Shown here piece by piece: positions 10,513 through 22,800 of a stretch of DNA of 64,000 nucleotides. Both the position numbers and the translations under genes were made by a program. How positions within the stretch are numbered: position 1 is the first letter of the stretch; each line of letters starts with the position of its first letter. The DNA comes from Protoeuglena noctilucae (lineage: Eukaryota), in NCBI GenBank assembly GCA_958009085.1, contig OY253685.1, positions 372,001 through 436,000 on the forward strand. Direction: 5' to 3'. The notes below the pieces were generated by a model. That model saw only the letters and a list, made by a program, of their open reading frames with translations. It ran no database searches and was not told the DNA's origin.

Positions 10513-10680
10513 GGCCAAGGTCGTCAGCGTTAAAGGGCCAGGGTCGCCACAGCGTCGGTTGAAGGTCGTCAGCGCATTTGGCCAAGGTCGTCAGCGTGAA
10601 AGGCCAAGGTCGTCAGCGTGATGGGCCAAGGTCGTCAGCGTGATGGGCCAAGGTCGTCAGCGTGACAGGCCAAGGTCATC
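10513..10680 (+). repeat. Minisatellite of ~8 units of ~21-22 bp, GGCCAAGGTCGTCAGCGTGA(T)
   Basis: Directly visible tandem units, degenerate at the edges. Confidence 0.9.
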
Positions 10681-11547
10681 TGGGCGTGTGGGGGCGAGGA
10701 GTTGAGGGACGGGCCAAGGCCGACGGGCGCGGGAGAGGACGGGCCAAGGGCCAAGATCGACGTGCGGGAGCGAGGAGCGGGGCCGCGTCGTGGGTCTCTG
10801 GGCACACGGCCGAGTGGGTCGTGCCGGCGCACGCACCCGGAGCGGGGCGGTCTGGGGCGGTCCACATGAGAGGCAGCCGGCCCTCAGGGGCGCAGCGTGG
10901 GCGAGCGGGGCGCCCAGGGGCAACGCTGCGCCCCCCAAGGAACGCCGTCTGCGTTCGGACCGTCCCCACCGCCCTCGCGTTCGGGCCAGCGTCGCCGGGT
11001 GGGCGAGCCAGCCGGGCCGCCTGAGGAGGATGGGAGGAGGGTAGGGAGCGGGGGATGTCATGATTGGCCGCCCATAAGCTACACAGATCGTCATTAGCCT
11101 CGGCCTCACCTTTTGTAATAGACGCCCGGGGGTCTCCAAGGAGGGCCCCCGCGGCTGCATCGTCCCACTCTGGGACGGCGATTCTGCCTTAGGGCGCAGC
11201 GAGGGGGCTAGGGGTGCAAGAACCCGGGGTGGGCGACCCCTTTGCCTTAGGGTGGGGCAACCTAGCGGGGGCGGGCCACGTGCCAAATGCACTGCAACGA
11301 TGGAAACCCCGGGGTGTCAGCTGCCCCGGGGGACGGCACTTCTGCCGCAAGGCGTGGCTCTGAGAGTCATAGCACCCCTCGACTATTGAATCGCTCATCA
11401 TCATCACGACCTTCACCTTCACCTTCACGCCGAAGCGCGATTCACGTTCCGGTTGTAGCTTGGTGAGACGGGATACGGTCGGGGCTGCCTCGCCTGGGCC
11501 GAGCGTTCCTGGGACCTGCACCAGCACCCTGGGGTTCTGCTGCAGTC

Positions 11548-13823
11548 ATGTGGGGGCCCCAGTTACTTTTGGTGGAGGACCTGGAGCTTGGGGCGCCGCT
11601 GGGTGGGAGCGAGGGGGTCGTGACGGCTCAATGGGTCTCGAGGGGGCTGGACGTGGCGGTGAAGTTGCTAGAGCTGCTGGATGGCGCTAGCACGGGCACG
11701 AATCCGGCTCTGGAGTTGCGCCTGGCTTTCCATGGCTCATGGTCGCGCCGGTCGATGCCAATGCTCCGTCCCAGCGGGCGCCCACTGCCGGGTCCTGGTC
11801 GTCGCCGTCAGCGGTCGCTGCGTGCTGGTGGGGACGCCGCGTTTCGCTCGCGGGTCCCTCGCGCGGCGCCTGGGGAGCGGGACGGCCCTTCCTGCGAAGG
11901 AGGCCGTGGACGTGGCCGTGCAGCTGCTGGAGGGGCTGTGCGCCCTGCATGAGCGGGGCATCGTGCACGCCGCGCTCAAGCCCAGCAACGTGCTGGTGGA
12001 CGAGAAGGGACGACTGCGACTGTCTGACTACGGGCTCGCAGATGCTGCTGGCGTCCAGATGGGCCCCTCGGCAGGGAAGCTGTCACCTTCCTAAGGTGGG
12101 AAAGGGCAGCTACAGGGACGTTTCTTTCGTCAACACAGCGTGCTACGGAACCTTCCATGTCCGCAGTGGGAGGGTGGACAGGGTGCGCTGGTCGATGCCG
12201 CGGCCTACGTGGCCCCGAAATGCAGGGGCGAAGGGGCGGCCACGAGCTTTGCCTCGGACGCATACGCGGTGGCCGCCGTGCTGTGCCACGTGGCGTCGGG
12301 CACGGCGCTGCCCACGGATGGGCACGCCTGCGCAGGTGCCGAAGACGTTGCCGGAGCCGCTTCGGTCGGCCCTGCGAGGGGCGCTGTGCGCGGAGGCGGA
12401 GCGCAGGACAGCTGTGGCGGACATGCTGGAGGCAGCGAGAGAAGCCAGGTGCGCGTCGGAGTAAATCGACGTTGCAACGGTTGCGCGCGTGGGTGCAAGC
12501 CACGCAAGTCCGACCGCCCTCGGCGTCATCGCAGGGCGGCGCTGTGGACGTGCTGCATCTGCATGGAGGAGGAGGAGGCGCTGACGCCATGCTTGGCGGA
12601 CACGCACCGCATCTGCAGCGAGTGCCTGGCCAGCTTGGTCGGGACCCTAACGGCGAGCCACTCGGTCTTCACGGTGGATGGTCACGTGGGGTGCAAGGAG
12701 GCGACGGGGCGGGAGTGCCGGGGCGTGTTCCGACGCGCGGATGTGGTGGAGGGACTTGTGCAGTCGCGGGCCTCGGCAGCGTGCCTGGCCTTTCTGGAGC
12801 AGGGGTCACACGGAGGTGCTGTCGCAAGTATCAGCAGACGCACGCATGACCGAGCTTCAGCGCCGGAGTGCGGGAGCTCGAGAGTTGACTGAGGAAGCAA
12901 AAGCGCTCGGCGATATGGAAGAATCCGTGACCACCCATTGGCGGGCGATGAAGGACCTCCTAATCGTGGTCCGGTGCCCCAGCTGTCAGCGCCCAGGGTC
13001 GATCGACGTATCGCGCTGCATGGCGCTGCACTGCGCGCGGGGGGACGGCGGCTGCGGCTGCCATTTCTGCGCGTGGTGCATGGGGGCCTGCTCCGACTCG
13101 GGCGCGGCCCACGACCACGTGAGCGAGTGCCGGCTGAACCCCAACCGGCCGGCTTTCTTTGCATCAGAGGAAGACCTGCTTAAAAGCCGGAAGTGGGAGC
13201 AGCGTCTGCGTGTGGTGGCTTTCCTCCGGGACAGCATTGCCCCTAGACACCGAAAGGCCGCGTGGGCGCTGGGGTTTGCAAAGCTGCCGGCCATCTGTGA
13301 CTTGGGGCTACGCTGGGAGGACGTGTGTTGCGGGTGTTGCGGCGTCATGAGCCGCGGGAAGGGCAGCAAGGTGACCGTGAGGCGTGTGTCCATCACGGGC
13401 TCCAAGGCGAACGCGGGATCGCGTGCTGGGACAGTGGGGTGGGTGAGGTGTCGGACGTGCACATTACGCGGTGCAAGCTGTCGGGCATCTCCGTCATTGG
13501 GGCTGGGAGCAGCGTTAAGGTGCAGGGGGGCACAATTGAGGGCCCCATGGAGCACCACGGCGTGTGCTGCTTCAGGGGTGGGTTTGCAGACCTGAAGGAC
13601 GTTGATCGCAGACTGCGGCAAGGCGGGCGTCCAGAGTTTTGGCAATGGTAGCAAGGTGGTCGTGCGAGGGGTAAGCTTGGCGCGGATGGGTAGCAAGGGT
13701 GGTTTGTGCTGCGAGAACGGTGGTGAAGCGGAGGTGGAGGGCACGCTTGTCAGCGATCGCGGTGGCAGCAGCGGACGGGGTGGCAGCGAGCAGCGTCGCA
13801 AAGCCTCGTGCAGTTTCATGTGA
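11548..13823 (+). pseudogene. Frameshifted kinase-like + RING + IBR-like + right-handed beta-helix fusion
   Basis: Kinase motifs DVAVKLL, IVHAALKPSNVLVD, LSDYGLA, YVAP, SDAYA. RING CCIC...HRICSEC...C...C. IBR-like CPSC...CMALHC...CGCHFCAWC...H..C. Beta-helix repeats (VSDVHITRCKLSGISV, IADCGKAGVQSF). The motifs are spread over several frames. Confidence 0.7.
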
Positions 13824-15739
13824 TGGATATGCCGTGTAAAGTCGGAGAGTTGTTTTGTCATAAGCAAGCTGTTTTGTCATACATAGGCAAGCGATAGGCA
13901 AGCTTGGGCTGGGGATCTTTGACGCCGTGCGCACATTACAGACGAGACTGTGAGATGGGTGCAAGCTGGGAATGACAGGCTTCGATGCCCCTCCACCTCG
14001 GCTTGCATGCATGCGATACTGATTATGATGGGGGACGCCAGCTTGAAGGCGAGCGCCACGCTGTACACCTTGCTTGGCTCCAAGCTTTTCGTTGGCCCCT
14101 TTGTGGGCAGGGGGGCAAGCCCGCTGTGGTGCTGCTGCCCACTGCGCCGCTGCAATGGCTGGGGCGGCCCTGTCAGCTTGCTTTCTGACGGACCCTTCTC
14201 TTAACGGAACTGCTTGCCAGTTCCATGCCTGTCATGTTTTGCAAGGCACGCCAACATGCACATGGCCCACTACAGCTTCGCTGCAAGCCGGCGTACCAGG
14301 TACTCGGCAGAAGTGGGTAAGGGGCGCTGCTCATTCTCTGCGTGGCGGGATTGCTGCTGCAAAAGCACCACAGCATCCACAATGCCACTCAGCACTGGGG
14401 CCGATCAGCTACCTACCACCATGTGCTGGCTCGGCTGCCACGCACAGTCGTCAACAGGAAGTTCACGACCCTGGAGGACGCTGGGGCTGCCTAGTGGATG
14501 CCCGCCGCTCCGACCTTACGAGGGCCTGGCTCGATGGCCTTCTCCGAGGGCAGTCTGTGGAAGGATCGCCTGGAGACACAGACCTGCAAGATAGCCGCCC
14601 TTGTGGCCCTTAGTAGGACGACCCAACCCCTACCAACTCCATCTAAGCGTACCGTGCCCACGTCGCAAAGGCGCAACACTGTCGACTGGGGCCCCCGAGG
14701 GAGAGCACGACAGGCGTGCTGTGTATACCTCCTGCTGTCTCCACGAGCTGGCAGCCCACCATGCAGCTCTTTGGGGCTTTAGCATCCCTGTGCCTGTGTG
14801 GGTATTGCGTTCCTGGTACCGCACGGCCCTTTGTATACACACTAGACGCCTACTGCCCCTAACACGGGTACGAAGCCGACTCGCGTTTGGCACATCGCAA
14901 ACATGGTATGGCGTGCTTCACTGGACGCCTGTCATGCAGGAGGAGCTCGAGGCTTGACCACGGGCTTGCGCACGGGCCATTCCCCTATGGTCATTCCCTT
15001 CCTTGCTTTCGTGACGCCGCCTAGATGCACCAACGCAAATGCGACGAGTTAGTGCACATGATTGTTAGAAGCACAAGACCTTTCTGCGCATAGGGCCACC
15101 TGCACGCAACCCCAAGGGGAATATTGAAACTACGCCAGACGACGCGCAAGTTTTTTGCCCACACAGGACATTAGGGAGGGGGACCTCAGGAGGGTGGAGC
15201 AAGGCAGGAGTAGCCAAAGCGTAGGGAGCAGAGCGGTGGAGCGTGGTGCCATAGCCCCACCACAAGGCATCAGTTGAAATGCTGCCATAAGAGACGGGGA
15301 GGAGGAGACGAAGTGGCACACGATTTCAGCCATGCTGCAGGACTTTGTCGGGAGGGTGGGGGTGTTGTGGCATTCAAGGCACAGGGGCTGGGGCTTAGCC
15401 TAAAGCTCAGGGTATGCAGGGCAACCAACCGGTCAGTGGGATCGTGGAGATGGCCATGGGCCAAGGTTGACCTCAGGGTTGGCCTCAGGGTTGGCCTGAG
15501 GTCGTGCCAAAGCGGGTGGTTGTTGCCAGATGAGGTGTGTTGCGTTGTCCTCTTGCAGACACAAAAAGGGCATTTCTCTTGTCAGGTGGCGAGCGGCAGG
15601 CCTTTCGTTGCCACTACCCAGCGCAGCGGCGAGGCCGGCATCCCTGGCAGCCGGTTCAAGCTGCACTGCGACTGCTAGGGCCCGAAAATTGCGACGGCGA
15701 ACGTCCACGCTCGCGATGGCACCGGATGCGCTTGCCTCG

Positions 15740-18202
15740 CTACCTTCTCTGTCGTGAGCGAACCGCGTTAAGAACCTCCGCTGCAGTGACTAGCAGGTCG
15801 CCCTTGCCATTTTTGAGCTCGGGAAGTGGTTGCGTGCTGACCCACATCAGCAGTCGCAGCACGTCTTGCGCCAAGGACTCCTCCCCCCCATCTCCCTTCT
15901 CAAGTCGTTGCACCGCGTTGCGCTCTTTGCGACTCAGCCCTTCTTGCTCCATCATCAGTGCCGACAGCTGTTTCACGCTGGGCCCAGGCAGCACGTCCTT
16001 GAGGTTGGGAGTCGCCCTGGCAAAGCTGAGCACCCCCTTCTTCATGTCACCCTGCAGGGATATGTACCAACCAGTCCTCGAAGAGGCATAAAAAGCGCAG
16101 GTCAACTTGGCATGAGGGGCAGTAGAACGCTGCGAACTCACCCAACTCAGAGCATCGACGTCTGCATCGGGGGCGAAGTGCCCAGCGCTCTTCAGATCTT
16201 GCAGCAAAGCTGCCCAGCTGTCCTTAAAGCTGACAGTGCGTCGCGCCACGGTGGTTGTCCCATCCACGCTACCTGACGGAGACGTCTCTGCTGTCCCTTT
16301 GCTGCTGTTCTCGCCCAGGCGACGAGCACTGTGCGACCCCAGGATGGCCGCAAGGTCCACTGCAACAGAGACCGAGGAGAAAGTCAGGAAAAGCGCGCCT
16401 GAACCGGCGGCGCCCTCGCCAAGCTATCCAGAACTGACGTCCTCACCGCCCTCGAAAGCCTCCCGCACCGCTCTGGATCCTTCTTCAGCTACGGCATCCG
16501 GCACGTCTTCCTCAACGTCACGACCCGGAGTTTGCTGAAACGCTGCCCCTGGCTGCTCCGGCACCCACTCCACGTCCCCCGACTCGGCTTGGCTCGCGTC
16601 ACGTGCCTCTCCCTTGTCCTCCACGCCCTCCACGCTCGCACCCTGGCTCTCCGGAGCGTCCGCGATAATGTCGGGGCGCCCACTGCCCAGACTGCGCCCC
16701 ACAGGACGGGGAGGCACTGGCGATGTGCTGCCCCGGCCCACAGCAGGCTCCTGCGCGAGCACAGCCGCGGTTCGTTGCGGACGCGGCGGCTCCGATGCCT
16801 CGTCTTCGCCGGCGAGGTCGACCAGAGCCTCAAGGATGGAGTCGCACAGCGCAGCCGCTGGTGCCGCAAACTCGGGCGCCGCGACCACCCTCGCACGGGT
16901 CGTGGCGCTCATATACGAGTAGCACAGGCGGAGGACGGCTTCCATGAGCGCCCTGCAGCGTTCCTCGGAAGCCGCTCGACAATCTGCGCCCACGGCCTCA
17001 GCCAACACGGAAGCGGCGCCGGCCAGCCCCGGGTTGGCTTGGAAAGGTGCCGCGCCCGCGGCGAACTCTCGTAGCACGTCCGCCGGGAGCCGGCGGGCGA
17101 CCTTCCATTCCTCAGCTGCAAAGCGCTTGAGCCCGTCGCGCAGGGCGCCGTCCGGCACAGTGGAGCCCGGCTCCGGGGGGGGAATGTACCCCAGCACGGT
17201 CATCGCTTCCAGGAGCGTGCCCCACATCGCCTGCACGCGCGGGAGGGAGCTCGGCGTTGCAATGCGACTGATGAATGACACAGCGTGCCTTGATGGAACC
17301 GCCATCGTCATGCCCCGCACCTTGCAAACGACGTCCATAGCATCCGTCCCTTTCCATTCCGTCGGCTGCGGGCGAGATTGCAGGCACATGGCATGTTGTC
17401 CACACCCGCTTACTTCTTTGTGCCCTCATGAGCCCGCCGCTCGCAATGCCCGGCACCTGCTCATCCCTCCCCATGTCGTCCCCCCCCCGAGCGGCCCTGC
17501 TATCGGAGCGGCGAGCGGCACTGTAGCCGCTCGAGGGCTTCGCGGTGCCGCACTGCGCGGAATAGAGTGGAGTGATTAGCCCCAGGGCGTCACGCTGCCA
17601 CCGCCGAGACTGCGTGCCCCAAGCCATCCACGCGCCTCGCCAGCGAGCAACCCCTCACCCTGAAGCACGCATCCCTGAAAGCAAAGTTGTTGACCCCGCA
17701 ACCGGGGCACTCCCAGTCGCCTGCGCGCTGAGGAGGGGCGGGCCGCCGGTCGCGCACTTCGCGCCGCTCAGGGCCTCGCTCAAAGCCTCCTCTCCCCCCC
17801 GGGTAGGCAGCCGGAGTCTGTAGGAGTCGCGATGTCCTGCGGTGATGGATGGAAATGCCGCAGAAAGGCTGGCTTGTGCACAAACGAGCTGCCTGCACCA
17901 GCGTCCTCCCCACCTGCTCAATACCCCTCGTCCCGCCGCCCTCCATGGGTGGACTGCACACGCATGACCCAAGAGGGTCACGCCAGACGTAGGCATCTGA
18001 CCTGGGGGCCTCAGGCTTACGGAAAGCACAGTGTGGGGCTCTCAGAGGCTGTCACGACCAAACGAGCCGTGTGCCCTCTGAATTGCCTTTCTCATCAATC
18101 GCCCAGTCGCTCATGACACGACATGGCGCGTTTCGATGATGGAGTCAAGCAGGGTATTGCTGCGGCACAGGAGTGTCTCGAGGTAACTCCGCGGAATCCA
18201 TG
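15740..18202 (-). CDS. Spliced hypothetical protein with a RanBP2-type zinc finger
   Basis: RAGDWECPGCGVNNFAFRDACFR at ~17660-17730 on the minus strand, plus long coding-like ORFs at 16424-17389 and 15740-16360. Boundaries are uncertain. Confidence 0.6.
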
Positions 18203-18293
18203 CCCTCGCCACGGATACGTCGTACTCTAGGTAGCGCGAAGAGAGCATACCCACCTTCCAGCGCTTGCAACTCGCACAGTTTCGCAGTCGACG

Positions 18294-19783
18294 ATGGCGA
18301 CGGCGGTTTCCGCGACCGGCGCGGTCCAGCGCCTGGCTCCCCGCGTGGGGATGAAGCCGGCGAGGAGGGTGAGCGTCGGGATCCGGCTTGGCGTCCCGTC
18401 CCTCGCCTGGAATGCCTCGTTTCCTCGCGTCTGCCTAGCTAACCGATCCGCTGTCCATGCGTTGCCGCTCACTACGCCGATCTCGTGGTGGTGCTTTCAC
18501 TTTCGCCCCCGGGCCTGCGCTATCGAGGAAGCGTCGGGAAGTTCGTGGCTGGGGGCCCCCCGCGCCGTCGAGAGGCGCATCCTGGTCCTTTGCGACGTCG
18601 ATGGACCTGTTTCCGGCCGATGTGGATTCGAGGGGATCCCAGGGTCGTTGCCGAGCCCTGGGGTGCGCACGATCGAGGTCCTGGAATGTCACCTCATCCA
18701 CACCCCATCGCGTCGCTCCCGGCTTTCCCCCGGCTGGGAGATTCGCGTAGTCGAATTGCCGTGTCGTAGGGAGTCGGCGCTCGCTTTCCTGGGAGCCCAG
18801 GTTCTTCCTGCTAGCGAAAGACGACGCCGGGCATTTCCGTGCCTCGGCCGCGTTTTCCGACTCCCAGACGCGTCTCATTCCACAACCCCGCTAGATTCTG
18901 TCCTTGGCATACGCGTACTTCCGCATGCGCAGCCAAAAAGATCCCTCCGCTATGTGTTGTGTTGCCCAGGCTGTGGCGGCGTCGGCCGTCGAGCTCAAGG
19001 CCCCCCCGTACCCCCTCAACGCCCTCGAGCCCCACATGTCCGAGAACACGATGAACTTCCACTGGGGCAAGCACCACCGCGCGTACGTCGACAACCTCAA
19101 CAACCAGATCAAGGGCACTGAGTTTGAGAACAAGAGCCTGGAGGAGATCGTGCTCGGGAGCTGGAACAACGGCAAGCCGAACCCCATGTTCAACAACGCT
19201 GCTCAGGCAAGCGATGTTGCCGCGCCGGGAGACGCAGCGACCATCGTGCGGTCGCTTTCATCAGGTAGAGGACGTGATGTCCAGTCTCTTCGCCCACCGC
19301 AGGTGTGGAACCACACGTTCTTCTGGGAGTCGATGAAGCCCAACGGGGGCGGCAAGCCCACGGGGGAGGTGGCCAAGGCCATCGATGCGGCGTTCGGGTG
19401 CTTCGATGAGTTCAAGGTCAGGCCAAGGATCCCCCGTGCCCGACGGCACGCGGCCGGCACCGGAGTCACAACGACGCGCCCTGAGCTAGCCCGGTGCCCG
19501 TCTCCCGCAGACCCAGTTCAAGCAGGCCGGGGCCACGCAGTTCGGCTCCGGGTGGGCGTGGCTGGTGGTGGACCCCGCGGACAAGAAGCTCAAGATCGTC
19601 AAGACGCCGAACGCGGAGAACCCCGTGTGCATGGGCATGAAGCCCATCCTCACGATGGACGTCTGGGAGCACGCGTACTACCTCGACACGCAGAACCGCC
19701 GCCCCGACTACATGACCACCTTCGTCGACAAGCTCATCAACTGGGACGCGGTCGAGGCGCGCTACAAGGCCGCCATGAAGTGA
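18294..19783 (+). CDS. FSD: Iron superoxide dismutase, plastid-targeted (4 exons)
   Basis: Transit-like MATAVSAT..., then [57 protein letters not shown]. Confidence 0.93.
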
Positions 19784-19846
19784 GCGCGCGATGGGCGTAG
19801 ACCCTCGCAGCCGGGGCCCTCGCTGATTGAAGTCCGCCACGTCACT

Positions 19847-22800
19847 TCATTCGCGCCGGCCACCCCGGGCAGCGGGTGTCTCAAGCTTGGACATCACGGC
19901 CTCGTACTGGCCCATCGTCCGGGCGTGCTCCTCGCGGAGCCTGCGAGCCCAGCGACGATTCGCCGTCTTCACGTGACGTGCCTCTTGACCTTCCCCCACA
20001 CTGCTCGTGTCTGCCGTCACTCACCTCCGCAGCTTCTCTGCCGTGCTGGCCGTGTCCCCGAGCATGTCCTGTGCCTCGCCGTGTCCCTCCATGGCCAGGG
20101 CCTCCGCTGCCTCGCGGACTGCGCTGGCTTCCTGGTCCTCGGCCTGCACAGAGGGACAGCGCATCCATACATGGCGCCTTGTCAAGAGAGCAACCGACGC
20201 GCATGCACCCTTCGCATGCGGCTGCGGCCTCGCCTCCTGCTGCCGCGCCCGCAACTCCTCAGTAAAAGACTCAAAGAGCTCAGCCCTCCGCTTCTCCTCC
20301 GGCACACCGCTGTACTGGGGTTCGGCCCGGACGCGGCGCCGCACGGCCGCCCACGTGTCGCTCGGGGAAAGCGACGGATCACGCAGCGACCTGCGACGAC
20401 GTCACGTGGCAACGGTGCTGCTGACGGCAGTCGAAGCATGCCACTCCCATGCCAAGCCTCCCGGCCCACCCCACAGCACCTCAAGAGCTCCAGGAACGCG
20501 GCCTCTGCCTCCCTCGTCTGCTGCTGCACCTCCACGACCTTGACGCAGTCGATGTACACGGCCGTGAAGAGCTCCTCCCGCTCGCGTTCCTCCGTCACCC
20601 GCTGCGGGCCAAGAGACGCTGCCGCTGCTCCCATGGAGGTGCACGTGCCAGCATGCACGCGTGCATGGCTCATGGACGCAGTCTCACTCGGAAGCGCGGG
20701 TCGCGCTTCATCGCCGCACGTGCCGTGTCCCACCCCTGCGCCGCCGCGACCCCCTCCGGCCCTCCCAGGCACTCAAGCACCATCGCGCGGAATGCCTCCT
20801 CCGTCGCCTCCTTCTCCTTCTGGAGGGACTCGAGCACCATCGCTGCAGAAAGGGACGAGGCATCACTCGGCCTGCGTTGGGACTGCTTTGGCCTCCAAAC
20901 CCCGAGCAGCCGCTGCGCCTGGGGACCCTGACCTTTGAACTGGGCGAAGAGCGCCTCTCTCCTCGCCGCTGGCACGCGGCCGTACCGAGCGAAGCTTTCA
21001 ATCTTTGCCTCCACGACGTCCCACTCCGCCTCGGGGTCCCTGCGTGGGCCAAGGCGGACGTGGCTGGGCGAGAGGGAGCACGCGGACGCTGCACGGCAAA
21101 ACGCTCAGCAGCCGCGGCCCCCACCTCACGACCTCGTCCCGCAGCTCCTCGTTCAGGAGCCCCAGGAAGGCCCTCTCGGCCTCCACTGCCGCGGCCCGGC
21201 GCTGCAGCGAGTCCAGGCCCTCGATCAGTGAGCCCAGCAAGCTGCCGCCCGTGCGCAGGGCTGACGAAGTCAGGGTGTTGAAGCCGCCGACGAGGCCCCC
21301 GGTGATGGCGCCCGCAGCGCGCTTGGTGAACGTCGCACCCAGCTTCTCCGCCGAGGCAGCCGTCGAAGCCGCAGCCGCGCTCGCCTCTGCGCAGAGCGAC
21401 AGGAGACGACGGTGGGTGTCGGCTGCGTGCAAGACCCCCCCCGCATCATAAGGGCCGAAACGGCAGGCACCTTTGATCAGCGCCTCGGCCGCCGTCGGGC
21501 CCTCCGACTCCCTGCCCCGGCCTGGCTGCGAGGCTGTCGTGAGGGCCCCCATGGCCTCGTCCATGAGTTTCCGCATAAAGGCCAGGCTTCCTTCCATGCC
21601 TTTCAGCACCTCTTTCGCCTCCCTGCGCGTGCGGCGAGGGTGTGAGTCGGAAATGGACGCGAGCAGAAGCAGGGTGCACGACCTGAGGCCGCTGACTCAC
21701 GCAAGCTCCTCCCCGACCTCGTCCCCCGCCTGCGCGCGCTTCGTGAGCGCCTTGACGACCATGGTCTGCCGCTGCGTGGCCGACTCGACGCGCCGCATGT
21801 TCGCCGCAATGCCGTTCACGCGGTTGGCCAGGCGCGCAAACAGCGTGGCCGGGCGCGGCTCCGGGGCTGGCACGCTCGCCCCAGCGTCTGCGAGAGGAGC
21901 GTGCGGAGTTGACACGCCACTCCACTCGCACGCAATGGCTTGCGGACGCGCTCCAACCCCCTCGCCTGGGAGCTCGGGACTCACGCCCGAGGTCGGCGGC
22001 GACAGAAATGGGTGCGCCAGCGCCTCAGAGATGGAGATACGCGTCTGCTGGGGGTCCACCACGTCCATGACCGAGAACATGCCGCGGTACCCCTCGGCGC
22101 CAAAGCTCCGCGGCAGCAGCATCTTGGCAGCCAGGTCCCACCCCGCGCCGCCATCCATGTCCAAAATGTCCGTCTGACCTTGCAGCGCATGCATGTTCCT
22201 CTGCAGAGGGGGCGTATTGCTTCAGTCTGTCATGAAACATAAGCGGACGGCCATGGTGCCCACCGCACCCGATGCCGCTGCCCTACTGTGGCCCACCTTG
22301 CGCCATTTGGACAGGTTGTACTTGCACTGCCGCAGACCGTCCGAGAACGTCTTGAGTCCCCGGTCCGAGCGGATCATGGGAACGGCAAGCTGCATGAGGA
22401 TGAGGCCGGCGGCGTAGACGTCGAAGCGGTCGGGCTGCGGGGAAAGGCGTGTGGCGATGTCAGCGCCGGTATTCGCTGCGATGAGCCCTACGATGGCGAC
22501 CCTCGCGGCGTGCTCCTCACCTTGTGCTGCAGCCACATCACGGGCCCCATCATGGCCTGCTGGAGGCGGTTGTGCTTGGCGAGGTGCGGGGCGTGCACGG
22601 GCACCACGTACTGCTCCGGGGGGCAGTAGAGGGGGTCGAGGATGGCCTCGGCAGGGTTGAAGTTGGTGCCGGACCGGAGGTCGGCGCACGCGCCCAGGTC
22701 GATAAGCTTCAGCCGCCGGATGTCCTCCGCCACGATTATGTTGAGGGGCTTGACGTCCCGGTGCACCAGTCCGAGGCTGTGCAGCCTGTCACATGCCTCG

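Larger units (their letters stand above)
2684..11406 (+). mobile_element. Non-LTR retrotransposon (L1/Tx1-like), apparently full length, with a long structured 3' region
   Basis: APE-RT-RNaseH-zf-RVT coding region. Ends are inferred from homology to the adjacent mini-element and truncated copies, and from the (CAT)n tail. Confidence 0.8.

Noticed and set aside
10513..10680. CRISPR-like array
   Set aside because: The units are contiguous with no unique spacers, no cas genes are present, and the context is eukaryotic.
1883..11405. LTR retrotransposon, based on the 127-bp flanking direct repeats
   Set aside because: No gag, protease or integrase. The RT and APE are non-LTR type and the repeats lack TG...CA ends.
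11110..11405. Hammerhead or HDV ribozyme at the element ends
   Set aside because: Hairpins are present, but no exact CUGANGA/GAAA core or HDV nested pseudoknot could be assembled by eye. An Infernal search is needed.
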